Source of the DNA: a bacterium
Lineage (GTDB): Bacteria; Bacteroidota; Ignavibacteria; Kapaibacteriales; UBA7675
Direction of reading: 5' to 3'
DNA: 64,000 nucleotides
Assembly (NCBI GenBank): GCA_030430495.1
Contig: JAUIKM010000017.1
Coordinates: 8,121 to 72,120 of the forward strand
In this document: piece after piece, positions 1 to 9,754 of the stretch
Numbering within the stretch: the first letter of the stretch is position 1
Layout: every line of letters starts with the position of its first letter
Position numbers and translations under genes: made by a program
Notes under the pieces: model-generated
Seen by the model: the letters and a program-made list of their open reading frames with translations, nothing else
Told to the model about the DNA's origin: nothing
The model's database searches: none

Positions 1-1
1 C

Positions 2-3000
2 GAAACAACAATCGCAGTGCCACTGGAAATTACTCGGGACAACACGTCACTCAGCTATGTGGCAGCAATGGACATCGACACCGTGCAAACCTTCAATAAC
101 ATGGCGCTTCCTCAAGACTACAGCGTCGCGGTGCTGGATGCGGACGGACAGATTGTTTACCACTCCGACAATCAAAAAAGCGGAAGTGAACACTTTCAAC
201 AGGAATGCAACTGGGACCGCGACCTGGCGGGCCTGCTGAACGCGCGCACCGCCGAAGTCATCACCATCAAATACCTCGGAAAATTTAAACGGCTGTTCAC
301 AATGCCGATTCAGGGCAGTAACTGGACGGTTGTTGCCTACTACGACGTAGAGTCCTGGATTCACGACCTCAACTTCACGGCTCTGGCGACAGCCACGGTA
401 TTCGGCCTGTTGACTTTTGTTCTGCTTATCGCCGTACTTACCCTTATAGTCACTGTGCCCGGCCTGAGTGCGACAGCCCTGTGGCCGGACCCCAACGGAA
501 CCAGCGTGTACCTCTTCCTGGCCGGGTTAATCGCATTAACATTCCTGTTCCTGCTTTGCTGCCCGTCACTATGGGATGCGGACAACACAATGGTGCTGGC
601 CGTCACTCTGCCGACCTTTGTTTTAGTGTTTGTGTATCTGAGTCTTTATCGACGGCATCACTACCACCGCGCTTTTGGCACTCTGTATTTCATGTTTACG
701 CTCTATTTTCCTGTCATTGTAATACTGCAATCAGGCGGCAGCCTGACACAGGCTCTGCTACTGGTTTTGGGTGCAATGGCGCTTGTGGGGATTTTGCTGC
801 TGAGAAGGTGGCCCGGGTTAGCAACCGTGCTGTCAGAAAAATTGGAAGTCGAGAAGGCGGGCAAGGTCGTCAAGTGGATCGTTGTTAAATTCGCCCTGAA
901 AAACACAAAAGAAGCGGCCGGAGCAATAGCGGGCGACAGCAAGGACGAACGTCAAAGCGGCAGCGGAGACGTACAAAATGGCGACAACGGAAGCAAACAC
1001 CAGAATAGCGGAATCAACATTGGCATTCAGGCCTGGCGCATTTATCTGCCCCTGGCCGGCACCCTCGTGTCAGTCGTCACTCTGTTCTGTTTCATTTATC
1101 TTGTGCTGGTCGCAGAAACCCTGCCGGCTTCAGTCGTTTTGGTCAACCTGATGGTCTGCATCCTGACGCTGACCGCCGGATACTTCATCAGCAGAACAAA
1201 CACCGTCCCAATTGCCGGCGACAGCACGGAAGAAGAAAATCTCGCAGACACGACACCACAAGGTCGGTATTACGCGAGCGATCTGGCCTATGTTAACAAA
1301 CACCGGATTATGATCTTCACAATGGCCTTGTCGATCGGTTTCATTCCGGTGTTGGTCCTTTTTGAATTGTCGCTCGATGCGGCCCTTCACTCCTCGCTGA
1401 TTGAAGGGCAACAGGACCTGGCCGGCAAGGTGTTCGACCTTCATGCCGGGGCGAAAAATTCGACGCCCCATGCCGTCAACGAGAGTTGTTACGAGGGAAC
1501 GACCGACGTGTTTTTCACCACAAAAATGACCTTCTATCCAGCAACAGACCCGACCGGAGCAAGCCTTTACCAAAGTGCTGAGAGTCGGAACGGCAACATC
1601 GCATTTGGACAAATCGTGAGAGACGTTTTCCTCCGTATGGAACTCCAGTCTTCACAGTCCAGGAAAAACGGCTATCTGTTGCAAAACATGGCGCAAGACA
1701 GCTCGAGAGTTGTTCGCTTGACCAATTACTCTCCCAAGGCGCTGTGTACTGTGCACACCGATCCCGGCGGCAATGTGGTTTACAGTGAAAGCAGCATTTT
1801 TAACTTTTCATTGTGCAACTTCGCACACACCGACCTCAAGAGTTGGATCAGACTGGTCGTGGCGATGGCGGGGCTTCTCATTGCGTATGTTATAATCTTC
1901 CATATATCCAGACACTTTTACAGGAGGGTTGTTCTTTGGGAGTTGTTCCCTATCTCACGCAGGGGTATTCCAGCGGAAACACTGTACGACGTCATTCTCC
2001 AATGTATCAAAGCAAGACAGGAGAGCCGGAACAATCACAACAACTGCAAACCGCTGTACATTGTATACCGTCCATTGACGCCTGTAGAAGATTTCAGGGA
2101 ACCGCTGATTAAATGGTTTCAGTCCAAAAGTGTTGAAACCAAAGTGACAATCAAGTCAATTGAAGACATCATCGAGCTGTCCGAGCATCCTGGTATATAT
2201 TCCGTTAAAAAATCGACTTTCCTGGTCGATGCCTTTGACCTCGAGGCGATTGTTACGGAAAAGAACCAGACCTTTCTGATCGCTGTCAACAAACTCCACA
2301 AGCTTTGCAATATTCAGATTGTCATACTGGGGAGCATCACACCGGCAAATGCTTTCCTGCCGGATGACTTCGGTTCGGAAGGCCCTTCCCAGCCAAAGAG
2401 CGACGCGGCCAAGGCGGAAGGCGCGGAGTCCAAAAAGGGACATCCCACCCCGGCAACGCTTGTCAACATTGCCAACAGCTTTGCAGACTGGGACGTGAAG
2501 TATTCGCGCGACAACCCGCTTGAAGCGTCATTTAACCCGGAAAACTCGAACGACATGGTCAGCAGTTTCAGAACCCGAAACTCGGGCAAATACGACACCT
2601 TCAGTCTGGACAAACTGGAAGTGCTGCTGCTGGAAGAATGCCGTTTTGCACCCTGGATGCGCCGCCTTGTCAATTCAATTTTAGCGGAAGCCGACAATCG
2701 CAAGTTGCTGTTCACGCGCGAACTGTTGTTGAATACGATCCTGTTACAGGCAAAACCTTTCCATCTTTCCTGCTGGCATTCGTGTTCCCGCAGCGAAAAA
2801 ATCATTCTGGCAAACCTGGCCAAAGAAGGATTGATTAACGGTAAAGACCCGGTCGACACTTTAAGTTTGTTGAACCGGCGGATAATCTCTTTTGCACCGC
2901 ACCCACAAATATTGAGCCCGAGCTTTGAGCAGTTCCTGCGCGGCAAAGACATTCAGGAGGAAGCGCAAACTCACGAACAGCAGGCCGGAAAAGGTTCCTG

Positions 3001-3178
3001 GGAGGTATTGCGATATCCTATCATTGCAATCATGCTCTTCGCGGCCGGCCTGCTTGTGGTCACACAGCAGGATTTCGTCGATACCACCCTCGCACTGAGC
3101 GCTTCGGCATCCACAATACTGGGTGTGTTTGTCAAGTGGGTCTCCGGCTTCAAAACGCCCAAGCTTCCATTCGCATAG
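2..3178 (+). CDS. Large multi-TM Cache-domain membrane protein, 5'-truncated by the window edge; paralog of 3638-8584
   Basis: The frame is open from base 2 (ETTIAVPLE, matching YETTMAIPV in the paralog). It has a Cache/PAS-like segment (YSVAVLDADGQIVYHSD...FTMPIQGSNWTVVAYY), many TM helices, and a C-terminal WHSCSRSEKIILANLAKEGLING motif shared with the paralog. Confidence 0.8.
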   Translation, partial: ETTIAVPLEITRDNTSLSYVAAMDIDTVQTFNNMALPQDYSVAVLDADGQIVYHSDNQKSGSEHFQQECNWDRDLAGLLNARTAEVITIKYLGKFKRLFTMPIQGSNWTVVAYYDVESWIHDLNFTALATATVFGLLTFVLLIAVLTLIVTVPGLSATALWPDPNGTSVYLFLAGLIALTFLFLLCCPSLWDADNTMVLAVTLPTFVLVFVYLSLYRRHHYHRAFGTLYFMFTLYFPVIVILQSGGSLTQALLLVLGAMALVGILLLRRWPGLATVLSEKLEVEKAGKVVKWIVVKFALKNTKEAAGAIAGDSKDERQSGSGDVQNGDNGSKHQNSGINIGIQAWRIYLPLAGTLVSVVTLFCFIYLVLVAETLPASVVLVNLMVCILTLTAGYFISRTNTVPIAGDSTEEENLADTTPQGRYYASDLAYVNKHRIMIFTMALSIGFIPVLVLFELSLDAALHSSLIEGQQDLAGKVFDLHAGAKNSTPHAVNESCYEGTTDVFFTTKMTFYPATDPTGASLYQSAESRNGNIAFGQIVRDVFLRMELQSSQSRKNGYLLQNMAQDSSRVVRLTNYSPKALCTVHTDPGGNVVYSESSIFNFSLCNFAHTDLKSWIRLVVAMAGLLIAYVIIFHISRHFYRRVVLWELFPISRRGIPAETLYDVILQCIKARQESRNNHNNCKPLYIVYRPLTPVEDFREPLIKWFQSKSVETKVTIKSIEDIIELSEHPGIYSVKKSTFLVDAFDLEAIVTEKNQTFLIAVNKLHKLCNIQIVILGSITPANAFLPDDFGSEGPSQPKSDAAKAEGAESKKGHPTPATLVNIANSFADWDVKYSRDNPLEASFNPENSNDMVSSFRTRNSGKYDTFSLDKLEVLLLEECRFAPWMRRLVNSILAEADNRKLLFTRELLLNTILLQAKPFHLSCWHSCSRSEKIILANLAKEGLINGKDPVDTLSLLNRRIISFAPHPQILSPSFEQFLRGKDIQEEAQTHEQQAGKGSWEVLRYPIIAIMLFAAGLLVVTQQDFVDTTLALSASASTILGVFVKWVSGFKTPKLPFA

Positions 3179-3323
3179 ATGTCGGCAGCCCGGCGCAAAA
3201 GCTGCGGCCCGTTTCTCGGCAGGCATTGCGGCCGGGTCCATTCGAAGGGTATCTACTCAATACGGGTCAGGTGTTTGCGGTTGGGTGCCGGCGCCTCTGA
3301 AACACCCAGCCTTCCAGGCGTCG

Positions 3324-3355
3324 AAAACGCTGAATTCATCATTCAGCGTTTTTTT
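3324..3355 (+). terminator. Intrinsic terminator
   Basis: AAAACGCTGAAT-tcatc-ATTCAGCGTTTT stem followed by a T run, downstream of the 3178 stop. Confidence 0.7.
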
Positions 3356-3412
3356 GTTTATTCGAGAACCGATGTCGCATTCATTTGCTCAGAGATGGAC
3401 TCATCAACTTTT

Positions 3413-3445
3413 GGCTTCTCTCTGCGTGACAAACAAGAGAAAGCA
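3413..3445. repeat. Partial copy of dispersed intergenic repeat (A-rich arm)
   Basis: GGCTTCTCTCTGCGTGACAAACAAGAGA matches 52358-52385 at 24/28. Confidence 0.65.
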
Positions 3446-3637
3446 CCGCAGGAAACAGCACCGGGCTTTCCTGAACGCCGCCGCCCCGCCCCATTGAATT
3501 CCCCCGCCATTTTTTGTAATATGGTCCTTTATCTACTGCGAGCGATATTCCACAGATCAACCATTGCAGAGAGCGCTCCCCCCGCCGCACCCACAATCCC
3601 CGCGGCGGCATTCTTTCACTGACAGGTCATCCCGATC

Positions 3638-6600
3638 ATGCCTACTCCAAATGCCCCGCGCAAAAAACTCCGCGTTCTGTCTTTCCTGATGATCGTCGCC
3701 ATCGCGATGGCCGCGGGCTACTATTTTTCGTTCTATACGCAAAAACGGGAGTACGTCGTCGACAGAAATTTCCGGCGTCTGGGCGTGATTTCCGAGCAGA
3801 TCGAAGCGCGCATGGACGGCGTGCACAACATCCTGGAAAATGCGGTCGAGAACATCGGCATCGATTCCACGCGCCGCGATTCCCTTATTGAGGTAGTAAG
3901 CCGGATAGAAAAAAATATTGAGGAACAGAAAACCGCGATCATTAACAGCCAATCCGACAAGGAAACAGTCAGTCAGGTAATTGAAGAATCGATTAAAAGC
4001 ATCCAGACCGGCCGCGCCAGGAGCGACGCAAAATTCACCGATATCCGGCGGCAGGAAACGAGTCAAAAGATCAGCCGCCAGGCGCTGCAACTAAACCAGG
4101 AGCTGGCGCGCGCACAGGACGCCGCACCTCGGGCGGAAGAAACAGACAACTCCAATGTCAACGCCCGCCAACTGGAAGATCTGCAGAATAAACTCGGCGA
4201 AGCACAGGCCGCCCTGGAATACATTAACTACCGCGAACGCCTGGCCGCAGCCATCGGCATTATTCCCTTTGCCACCCTTGAGTATGCCAATACCGTTTCA
4301 TCTGCCAATCATACACAGGCCGGAGACGGCGCGGCAGATGGAGGTGAAGCGGAACAGAATGAAAAGACTGATATTCTACAGCCGTTCAGCAGCAGCATCG
4401 AAAATGTTGAGTTAATCGGCCAGAAGCTCTACTTGTCCTACCTCAACAATGCCGGCAACGGTTCCGACCTCATCATCAGGGTGCGTATTGATCTGGAAGA
4501 GATGATCGCGCAGCAGATCGGCGATGTGATTTTTGACGACGTCTTTCTGGCAAAGTCCGGCGGCGAAGTGATCTACCAGCACAACAAACACCGCGGCAAC
4601 GTGCGCAGTTTTGACAAGGTGCAGGACTTAAACAACGATGAAACATCGTTTGAATTCGGCCAGCTGATAAAGTCGGGCGGCCTTGTCACGGCACAGCTTT
4701 CCGGGCGCGAAAACGTTCTGTTTGCACGACCCTTGCAGATGGAAATCGGCACGCGCGACAGCACAAATTTCAACTGGGTTCTCGTCGGGGCGGTGCCGTC
4801 GAATACGTTACTGAGCGAGAGCATGGCGCTGCCGACCAACACAATTCTCGTCTTTGTGTTTGTGGCGGCGCTGCTGATTCTGGTCTGGCCCCTGTTAAAC
4901 ATTCTCGGCGCGGGCACGTTCACGCGCCTGCGCAAGTTGGATCTGGCTTTTCTTGGACTTTCCGCGACGCTTGGCTCCGCCCTGATTGCCCTTTTGATTG
5001 TCGATCAGTATCAACTGACCAATCTGCGCAAAACGATGGACAATCAGCTGAAAGCCACGGCCGAAGAAGCGCACAACAACTTCCACACTGAGCTGCATCA
5101 GGCATACAGTCAGTTGCGTTTCCTGGCCGACGCCGTCGCGCCCGCGCTCGACTCAACTTACATCGAATGGGAAGACAACCCCTTGACCATTGTCACGCGA
5201 CGCTCGATCGACGACACACGCACGGTGCGCCTGACACTCGAAGGCCAGCTGCCGCGCACGCACAACATGTTTAACTTTGTGCGCGGCGACACGTCGGACA
5301 CGGCCGCCCCCGGCGGCTGGGACTACGTCAATTTTGACCGCGTCTTTTTTGCCGATCCATCGGGCGACATAAAGGTCAAGCTGGCCGCAGAGTCCGCCGC
5401 AACGCCCTTTCTTAACGTCAGCTCGCGCGACTACTTCCGCGACGTGCAGCAGCGGAACATGCTGGTCCTGCACGAAGGCGACCACGATCACGAGAGCGAC
5501 GACCACGGAGCACAACACGGACACGGCAAGGAGCGGTTGAATAAACACATCGACACGGTTGAGTTCGCGCTGAGTCAACACCACTCCTGGGCCAGCGGCG
5601 CCTACGAAACAACGATGGCAATTCCGGTTAATCCGGATACAACGCGCGAGGCGACCTGGCTGGCCGGCATGGACATCGGCACACTGGCCAGTTTTGACAA
5701 ACCGCTGCTGCCGCCGACGTTTAATTTCGTGCTGGTGGATGAGCATGGCAACGTGATCTATCACACCCGGCCGGAGCGCAGCGGCTTCGAGAATTTCCTG
5801 ACGGAATGCGACGGGAATCAACGTCTGGCGGCAACACTGGCGGGGCGGCGCAGCGATTGGTTAAGCAGCACCTACTGGGGTGAAAACAGGCGCATTTTTA
5901 CCATGCCGCTGCACGACACGCCCTGGACGCTGATAGTGTATTTCAGCGAGGAAGCCGTCCTGGACGGCAGCAATATCGTTATGCTGACGAGCACGCTGGG
6001 ACTGTACGGCGTTAACTTATTGCTGTTGTTGATTCTGGTCGTTCTCGGCTTTTCCAGCAGCAGCGTGCAGCTCGACTGGCTGTGGCCGAGCCTGCTGGAA
6101 TACCGCACCTATCGCAACCTGAGTCTTATTTACCTGGGATTTCTGATTTTCTACGCCGTCACTTTAACGCAGGATGTGCGCTTTGATCACGTGATGGTTG
6201 CGGCGCTGCTGCTGCCCGTGTTTTTTGTCTTCATAACCTACTTTTCGCTTAAACGCCAGGAGAAGTTAAACTTTCGCCTGGCGCTGATTATTCTGCCGTT
6301 TGCGGGATTCTATCCGCTCGCGGCGGCGGTGCAGTTGTACAACAGCCAGTTAATTCACTCGCCTGCCTGGAAATTTGTGCTGCCCCTCTTGTTGGTCAGC
6401 GTGTTGCCGGCGGCAATTGTCGGCTTGCGTAAGCTGATGAACCGCGCGAAGGGCATCAGGCGGGACTGGCGACGCGAGCTGCTGTTTAACGTCGTGACGT
6501 ATCACCTTCTCATTCTTGTTTTGCAGACAAGGTATCAGTTGTGGGACAACAAGATCGAGTTCTTCTATCACCTGATTCTGATTGCGATGACGGCCTACGC

Positions 6601-8584
6601 GCTCTACCTGTTCCAGTCAAAGCGCAATTATCTGGCGCGCGACCAGTATCTGCACGAATTGTACCGCCACCGCTCCGGCCAGGTGGCGGGCGTCCCGACC
6701 GCGCGTTTTTTCCGGCGCACCTATCGGGCATTTCTCATTATCCTGGTGATGACGACCGGCATCCTGCCGGTGATTGCCTATTTCATTCTTGCGAACGAGG
6801 CCACGTTCAATCTCCTGATTAAACACTCGCAGATTACCATGGCGCACCAGGTGCTCGAGCGCGAACACGAAGCCGCCGAGCGCGTAGCGCAGTTAAACAC
6901 CAATGAAGCGGACTACATCTACAACCGTCTGAAGCACGACGAACGAGGCATGTACCACGGCCCCTTCTTTGAATCCGGATTGCTCTGCACGGCCAGGCCA
7001 GTGCCCGCGGGCATCCGCGATACATTCGGCTTCGCCGGTATAATGGACACGGTTGTGATGCACGATCCGGAAAAAGACCCGGTCGGCAGCATTCTGCCGC
7101 GCCTGTTAAGCAGGCTGAGTCTGGCTGCCGAAAACAAGGTTGAACTGCGGCGTTATCTCGGCACCAGAGCGGCCGACAGCATCTGGAATACCGGCAGGTC
7201 GCTGGACGGCAGCAAAGCAGCCATGATTCACAAACGCCTGAACGGACCCGACAATGTCCTGATGCTCAGCTCCGGCGGAGTGCCGCATTTGAGAGCCGAC
7301 GGCTTCCGATTTGAGGAGACATCCATTTTTGTCGGCTTGTTCGTCGCCAGCCTGGCTTGCATTATCCTGTTGTACTGGGCCAGCTACAAGTTTGGCGAGC
7401 AGGTGCTGCTGAGTCGTTTTGCCAATCCGCGCTCCGGCCGCGGCACACACATCGAAATCCCGAAAGACGCGCCGCTGTTTATTATCAGCCGTCCTTTAAT
7501 TGCCGTGGACGAAATTATCGAGAACAGCACGTTCGACACGATTGATCCCGAATGGAAAGACCGTGTGATGTTCCTGGACCGCGCCGAACTGCTCGCTTTG
7601 ACAAACGACAAGATTGAAGCTATGGCGGAGACGGGCGTGCCGCTCTGCACCATCGAAGCATTCGACCTGGATCCGGAGTATTCACAAGCCAACATCCAGT
7701 TTATGCTCCGTGTTAACAAACTCAAGGTCGCGGCGGACTGGCAGGTAATTATTGTCGGCAGCGTCGACCCGACGATCGCCTTTCAGGATCAGTCCGTCAC
7801 GGCGGCCGGTGGCGGCAAAGCGGCGGATGCAGGCGCTGAGGGCGACGACAAAAAAGCTGTGCCTGGAGTCGACTCCAAAGACAACCTGGCGGCAGCGCGC
7901 GCCTACTCCACATGGCAAACCGCGTTTTACCAGGAAATGCACGATTCACAAATGTATCGCGCCGACCTGGAGGTAATAGTCGACGACCACAATCTCGACA
8001 GCGAACATCTGAAACAGTGCATCCGGATTATTGCACATGAGTTTCACATGACGCGCTGGTTGCGCCACCGCGGACGCAATCTGATGCGCCGCATCTGCCG
8101 CGATTACATGGGCTTTGACGAAGCGGCGCTGCGCCGCCAGATCATGCTCGAAGCCGAGCCGCTCTACCAGGCCATCTGGAATTCCTGCTCACGCGGTGAA
8201 AAAGTCCTGCTCGCCAACCTGGCGCGCGACGGCATCGTCAACGGTAAAAATAAACGCGGCGTGTACAGTCTGTTAAACAAACAGCTCATGATGCTTGTGC
8301 CGGACCCCAAACTGATCAACGACAGTTTCCGCGAGTACCTGCAGCGCGACGACATTCAACAGGAAGCCGATGCGCTGACGGAAAAATCCTCGCGTACGTC
8401 GTGGGAAAACCTGCGCACGCCTTTGATCGTTCTGCTCGCCGCCGGCGGCGCATTCCTGATCGTCACACAGCACGAAATCATCGACATGACAACCGCGATA
8501 ATTTCAGCTGTGACGGTGCTCGTGCCCGGCATCATGAAAGCGCTGGACTTTTTCCGCAATGGACGTGTGGCCAGCGGCGGCTGA
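3638..8584 (+). CDS. 1648-aa multi-TM protein with two Cache-like extracytoplasmic domains and a cytoplasmic C-terminal domain
   Basis: N-terminal TM, then Cache-like motifs (DDVFLAKSGGEVIYQH; NVSSRDYFRDV; FVLVDEHGNVIYHT...FTMPLHDTPWTLIVYF), many TMs, and C-terminal YQAIWNSCSRGEKVLLANLARDGIVNG. No HisKA, GGDEF or MCP motif seen. Confidence 0.85.
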   Translation: MPTPNAPRKKLRVLSFLMIVAIAMAAGYYFSFYTQKREYVVDRNFRRLGVISEQIEARMDGVHNILENAVENIGIDSTRRDSLIEVVSRIEKNIEEQKTAIINSQSDKETVSQVIEESIKSIQTGRARSDAKFTDIRRQETSQKISRQALQLNQELARAQDAAPRAEETDNSNVNARQLEDLQNKLGEAQAALEYINYRERLAAAIGIIPFATLEYANTVSSANHTQAGDGAADGGEAEQNEKTDILQPFSSSIENVELIGQKLYLSYLNNAGNGSDLIIRVRIDLEEMIAQQIGDVIFDDVFLAKSGGEVIYQHNKHRGNVRSFDKVQDLNNDETSFEFGQLIKSGGLVTAQLSGRENVLFARPLQMEIGTRDSTNFNWVLVGAVPSNTLLSESMALPTNTILVFVFVAALLILVWPLLNILGAGTFTRLRKLDLAFLGLSATLGSALIALLIVDQYQLTNLRKTMDNQLKATAEEAHNNFHTELHQAYSQLRFLADAVAPALDSTYIEWEDNPLTIVTRRSIDDTRTVRLTLEGQLPRTHNMFNFVRGDTSDTAAPGGWDYVNFDRVFFADPSGDIKVKLAAESAATPFLNVSSRDYFRDVQQRNMLVLHEGDHDHESDDHGAQHGHGKERLNKHIDTVEFALSQHHSWASGAYETTMAIPVNPDTTREATWLAGMDIGTLASFDKPLLPPTFNFVLVDEHGNVIYHTRPERSGFENFLTECDGNQRLAATLAGRRSDWLSSTYWGENRRIFTMPLHDTPWTLIVYFSEEAVLDGSNIVMLTSTLGLYGVNLLLLLILVVLGFSSSSVQLDWLWPSLLEYRTYRNLSLIYLGFLIFYAVTLTQDVRFDHVMVAALLLPVFFVFITYFSLKRQEKLNFRLALIILPFAGFYPLAAAVQLYNSQLIHSPAWKFVLPLLLVSVLPAAIVGLRKLMNRAKGIRRDWRRELLFNVVTYHLLILVLQTRYQLWDNKIEFFYHLILIAMTAYALYLFQSKRNYLARDQYLHELYRHRSGQVAGVPTARFFRRTYRAFLIILVMTTGILPVIAYFILANEATFNLLIKHSQITMAHQVLEREHEAAERVAQLNTNEADYIYNRLKHDERGMYHGPFFESGLLCTARPVPAGIRDTFGFAGIMDTVVMHDPEKDPVGSILPRLLSRLSLAAENKVELRRYLGTRAADSIWNTGRSLDGSKAAMIHKRLNGPDNVLMLSSGGVPHLRADGFRFEETSIFVGLFVASLACIILLYWASYKFGEQVLLSRFANPRSGRGTHIEIPKDAPLFIISRPLIAVDEIIENSTFDTIDPEWKDRVMFLDRAELLALTNDKIEAMAETGVPLCTIEAFDLDPEYSQANIQFMLRVNKLKVAADWQVIIVGSVDPTIAFQDQSVTAAGGGKAADAGAEGDDKKAVPGVDSKDNLAAARAYSTWQTAFYQEMHDSQMYRADLEVIVDDHNLDSEHLKQCIRIIAHEFHMTRWLRHRGRNLMRRICRDYMGFDEAALRRQIMLEAEPLYQAIWNSCSRGEKVLLANLARDGIVNGKNKRGVYSLLNKQLMMLVPDPKLINDSFREYLQRDDIQQEADALTEKSSRTSWENLRTPLIVLLAAGGAFLIVTQHEIIDMTTAIISAVTVLVPGIMKALDFFRNGRVASGG

Positions 8585-8655
8585 CCGACTTAAACAGCGT
8601 TTCAGGCGGAAATATGACGGACCTGGAACAAAGCGGCGGCTTCCGGCATTCAACA

Positions 8656-8718
8656 CGCTGACAAACAAGAGGAAAAAGCAAGCCGCCCGCTTTGCAGAAG
8701 CGGAGGCGAAGCGCTCAG
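8656..8718. repeat. Full copy of dispersed intergenic repeat with internal hairpin
   Basis: About 56/63 identical to the reverse complement of 52118-52179; internal stem CCGCTT-loop-AAGCGG. Confidence 0.85.
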
Positions 8719-8842
8719 GCCTCAGGCGGTAAGTCCGCGGAGAAGGCCGATAAAACGCATTTAAACAACAACCGCCATACGGCGTCCCGTACGGCGGTGC
8801 GGAATGTTAACATCTTGAGAGTTGGATCGGGAGAATGTGCGC

Positions 8843-9187
8843 TCAGTCCCCGTCCGGATTTTCGTCCAGGTAGCGTTCCAGTGCGTCCAGTTTTTCCGTC
8901 CAGAAAACCTGATACTGCTGCACCCAGTCGGCCACCTCCTTTAACTTGTCGAACTGCGCGTGGCAGGTGCGTTCGCGGCCATTCTTGCGAATGTTAATCA
9001 AGCCCGCCTCGGACAGAATTTTAACGTGTTTGGCGACGGCCTGACGGCTGGATTCGAAGTGGTCGGCCAGCGCCAGCATGCTGTGCGAACGGTCCGCCAA
9101 CAGTTTAATAATCCGCCGGCGCGTCGGGTCCGCTATGGCGTCAAACACGTCGCGATGTGGCCCGCTGTACTCACTTGGCTGTACCAT
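8843..9187 (-). CDS. ArsR/SmtB-family transcriptional regulator
   Basis: DVFDAIADPTRRRIIKLL...SRQAVAKHVKILSEAGLI...GRER wHTH signature; adjacent to an SRPBCC gene. Confidence 0.92.
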   Translation of the reverse strand: MVQPSEYSGPHRDVFDAIADPTRRRIIKLLADRSHSMLALADHFESSRQAVAKHVKILSEAGLINIRKNGRERTCHAQFDKLKEVADWVQQYQVFWTEKLDALERYLDENPDGD

Positions 9188-9638
9188 CGACTTCGTCCAG
9201 ATATGTAACGAGACTTTCGCTGAAGACAGACCAACCGCGATTGATGTCCGCGTACGTGCCTTCCTTCTGCACCGCCGACTCGTCCAGATTGCGGTGAAAA
9301 ATCGTTAACTCCGTCCCGTCCGCGTGATCCGCCAGGCTGAACGTCACTACCGATTCGTCGTTCATCAGGTTTGTCTTAAACGTCCAGGTGATGGACGTGC
9401 CTTCCTCAAATTCGAGCAGGCGACCGCGAATAAAACCGTCGTAACCTTCACCGCAATCGTCCATCGAAGGCTCTTCCTGAAATGTTAACTCCGCGCCGCG
9501 ACGCAGCTCAAAGTTGTTCCGCATGAACCAGCCGGCAATTTCCTCCGAACGAGAAATTGCGCGCCAGACGCGATCGCGTGAGTGTTTATACACCTTTTTG
9601 ATGACGACTTGCTGGGTTGCTTCCTTCACCATAATCAT
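9171..9638 (-). CDS. SRPBCC/AHSA1 (START-like) domain protein
   Basis: YKHSRDRVWRAIS...IAGWF...VTFSL...GTELTIFH...GWSVF pattern; overlaps the ArsR gene start. Confidence 0.88.
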   Translation of the reverse strand: MIMVKEATQQVVIKKVYKHSRDRVWRAISRSEEIAGWFMRNNFELRRGAELTFQEEPSMDDCGEGYDGFIRGRLLEFEEGTSITWTFKTNLMNDESVVTFSLADHADGTELTIFHRNLDESAVQKEGTYADINRGWSVFSESLVTYLDEVDGTAK

Positions 9639-9680
9639 GCCTCCATTACAACAGTTGACAATTGCTGAACGGTCGCCTTA

Positions 9681-9741
9681 TGCAACCGATTGATTGCACA
9701 AATATAATGGAGTCCGCCTCAATACGCAACCATAAGGTTGC
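9681..9741 (-). promoter_or_regulatory. Sigma70-like promoter (TTGCGT-17-TATATT) overlapped by two GCAACC-N4-GGTTGC operators
   Basis: Perfect inverted repeat GCAACCataaGGTTGC at 9726-9741 and a one-mismatch copy TGCAACCgattGATTGCA at 9681-9698. On the minus strand the -35 is at 9729-9724 and the -10 at 9706-9701. Confidence 0.7.
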
Positions 9742-9754
9742 ATATTCTGAAGAT

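Noticed and set aside
3179..3622. 147-aa ORF between the two Cache paralogs
   Set aside because: It spans a terminator and a repeat copy and has no recognisable protein features; treated as non-coding.
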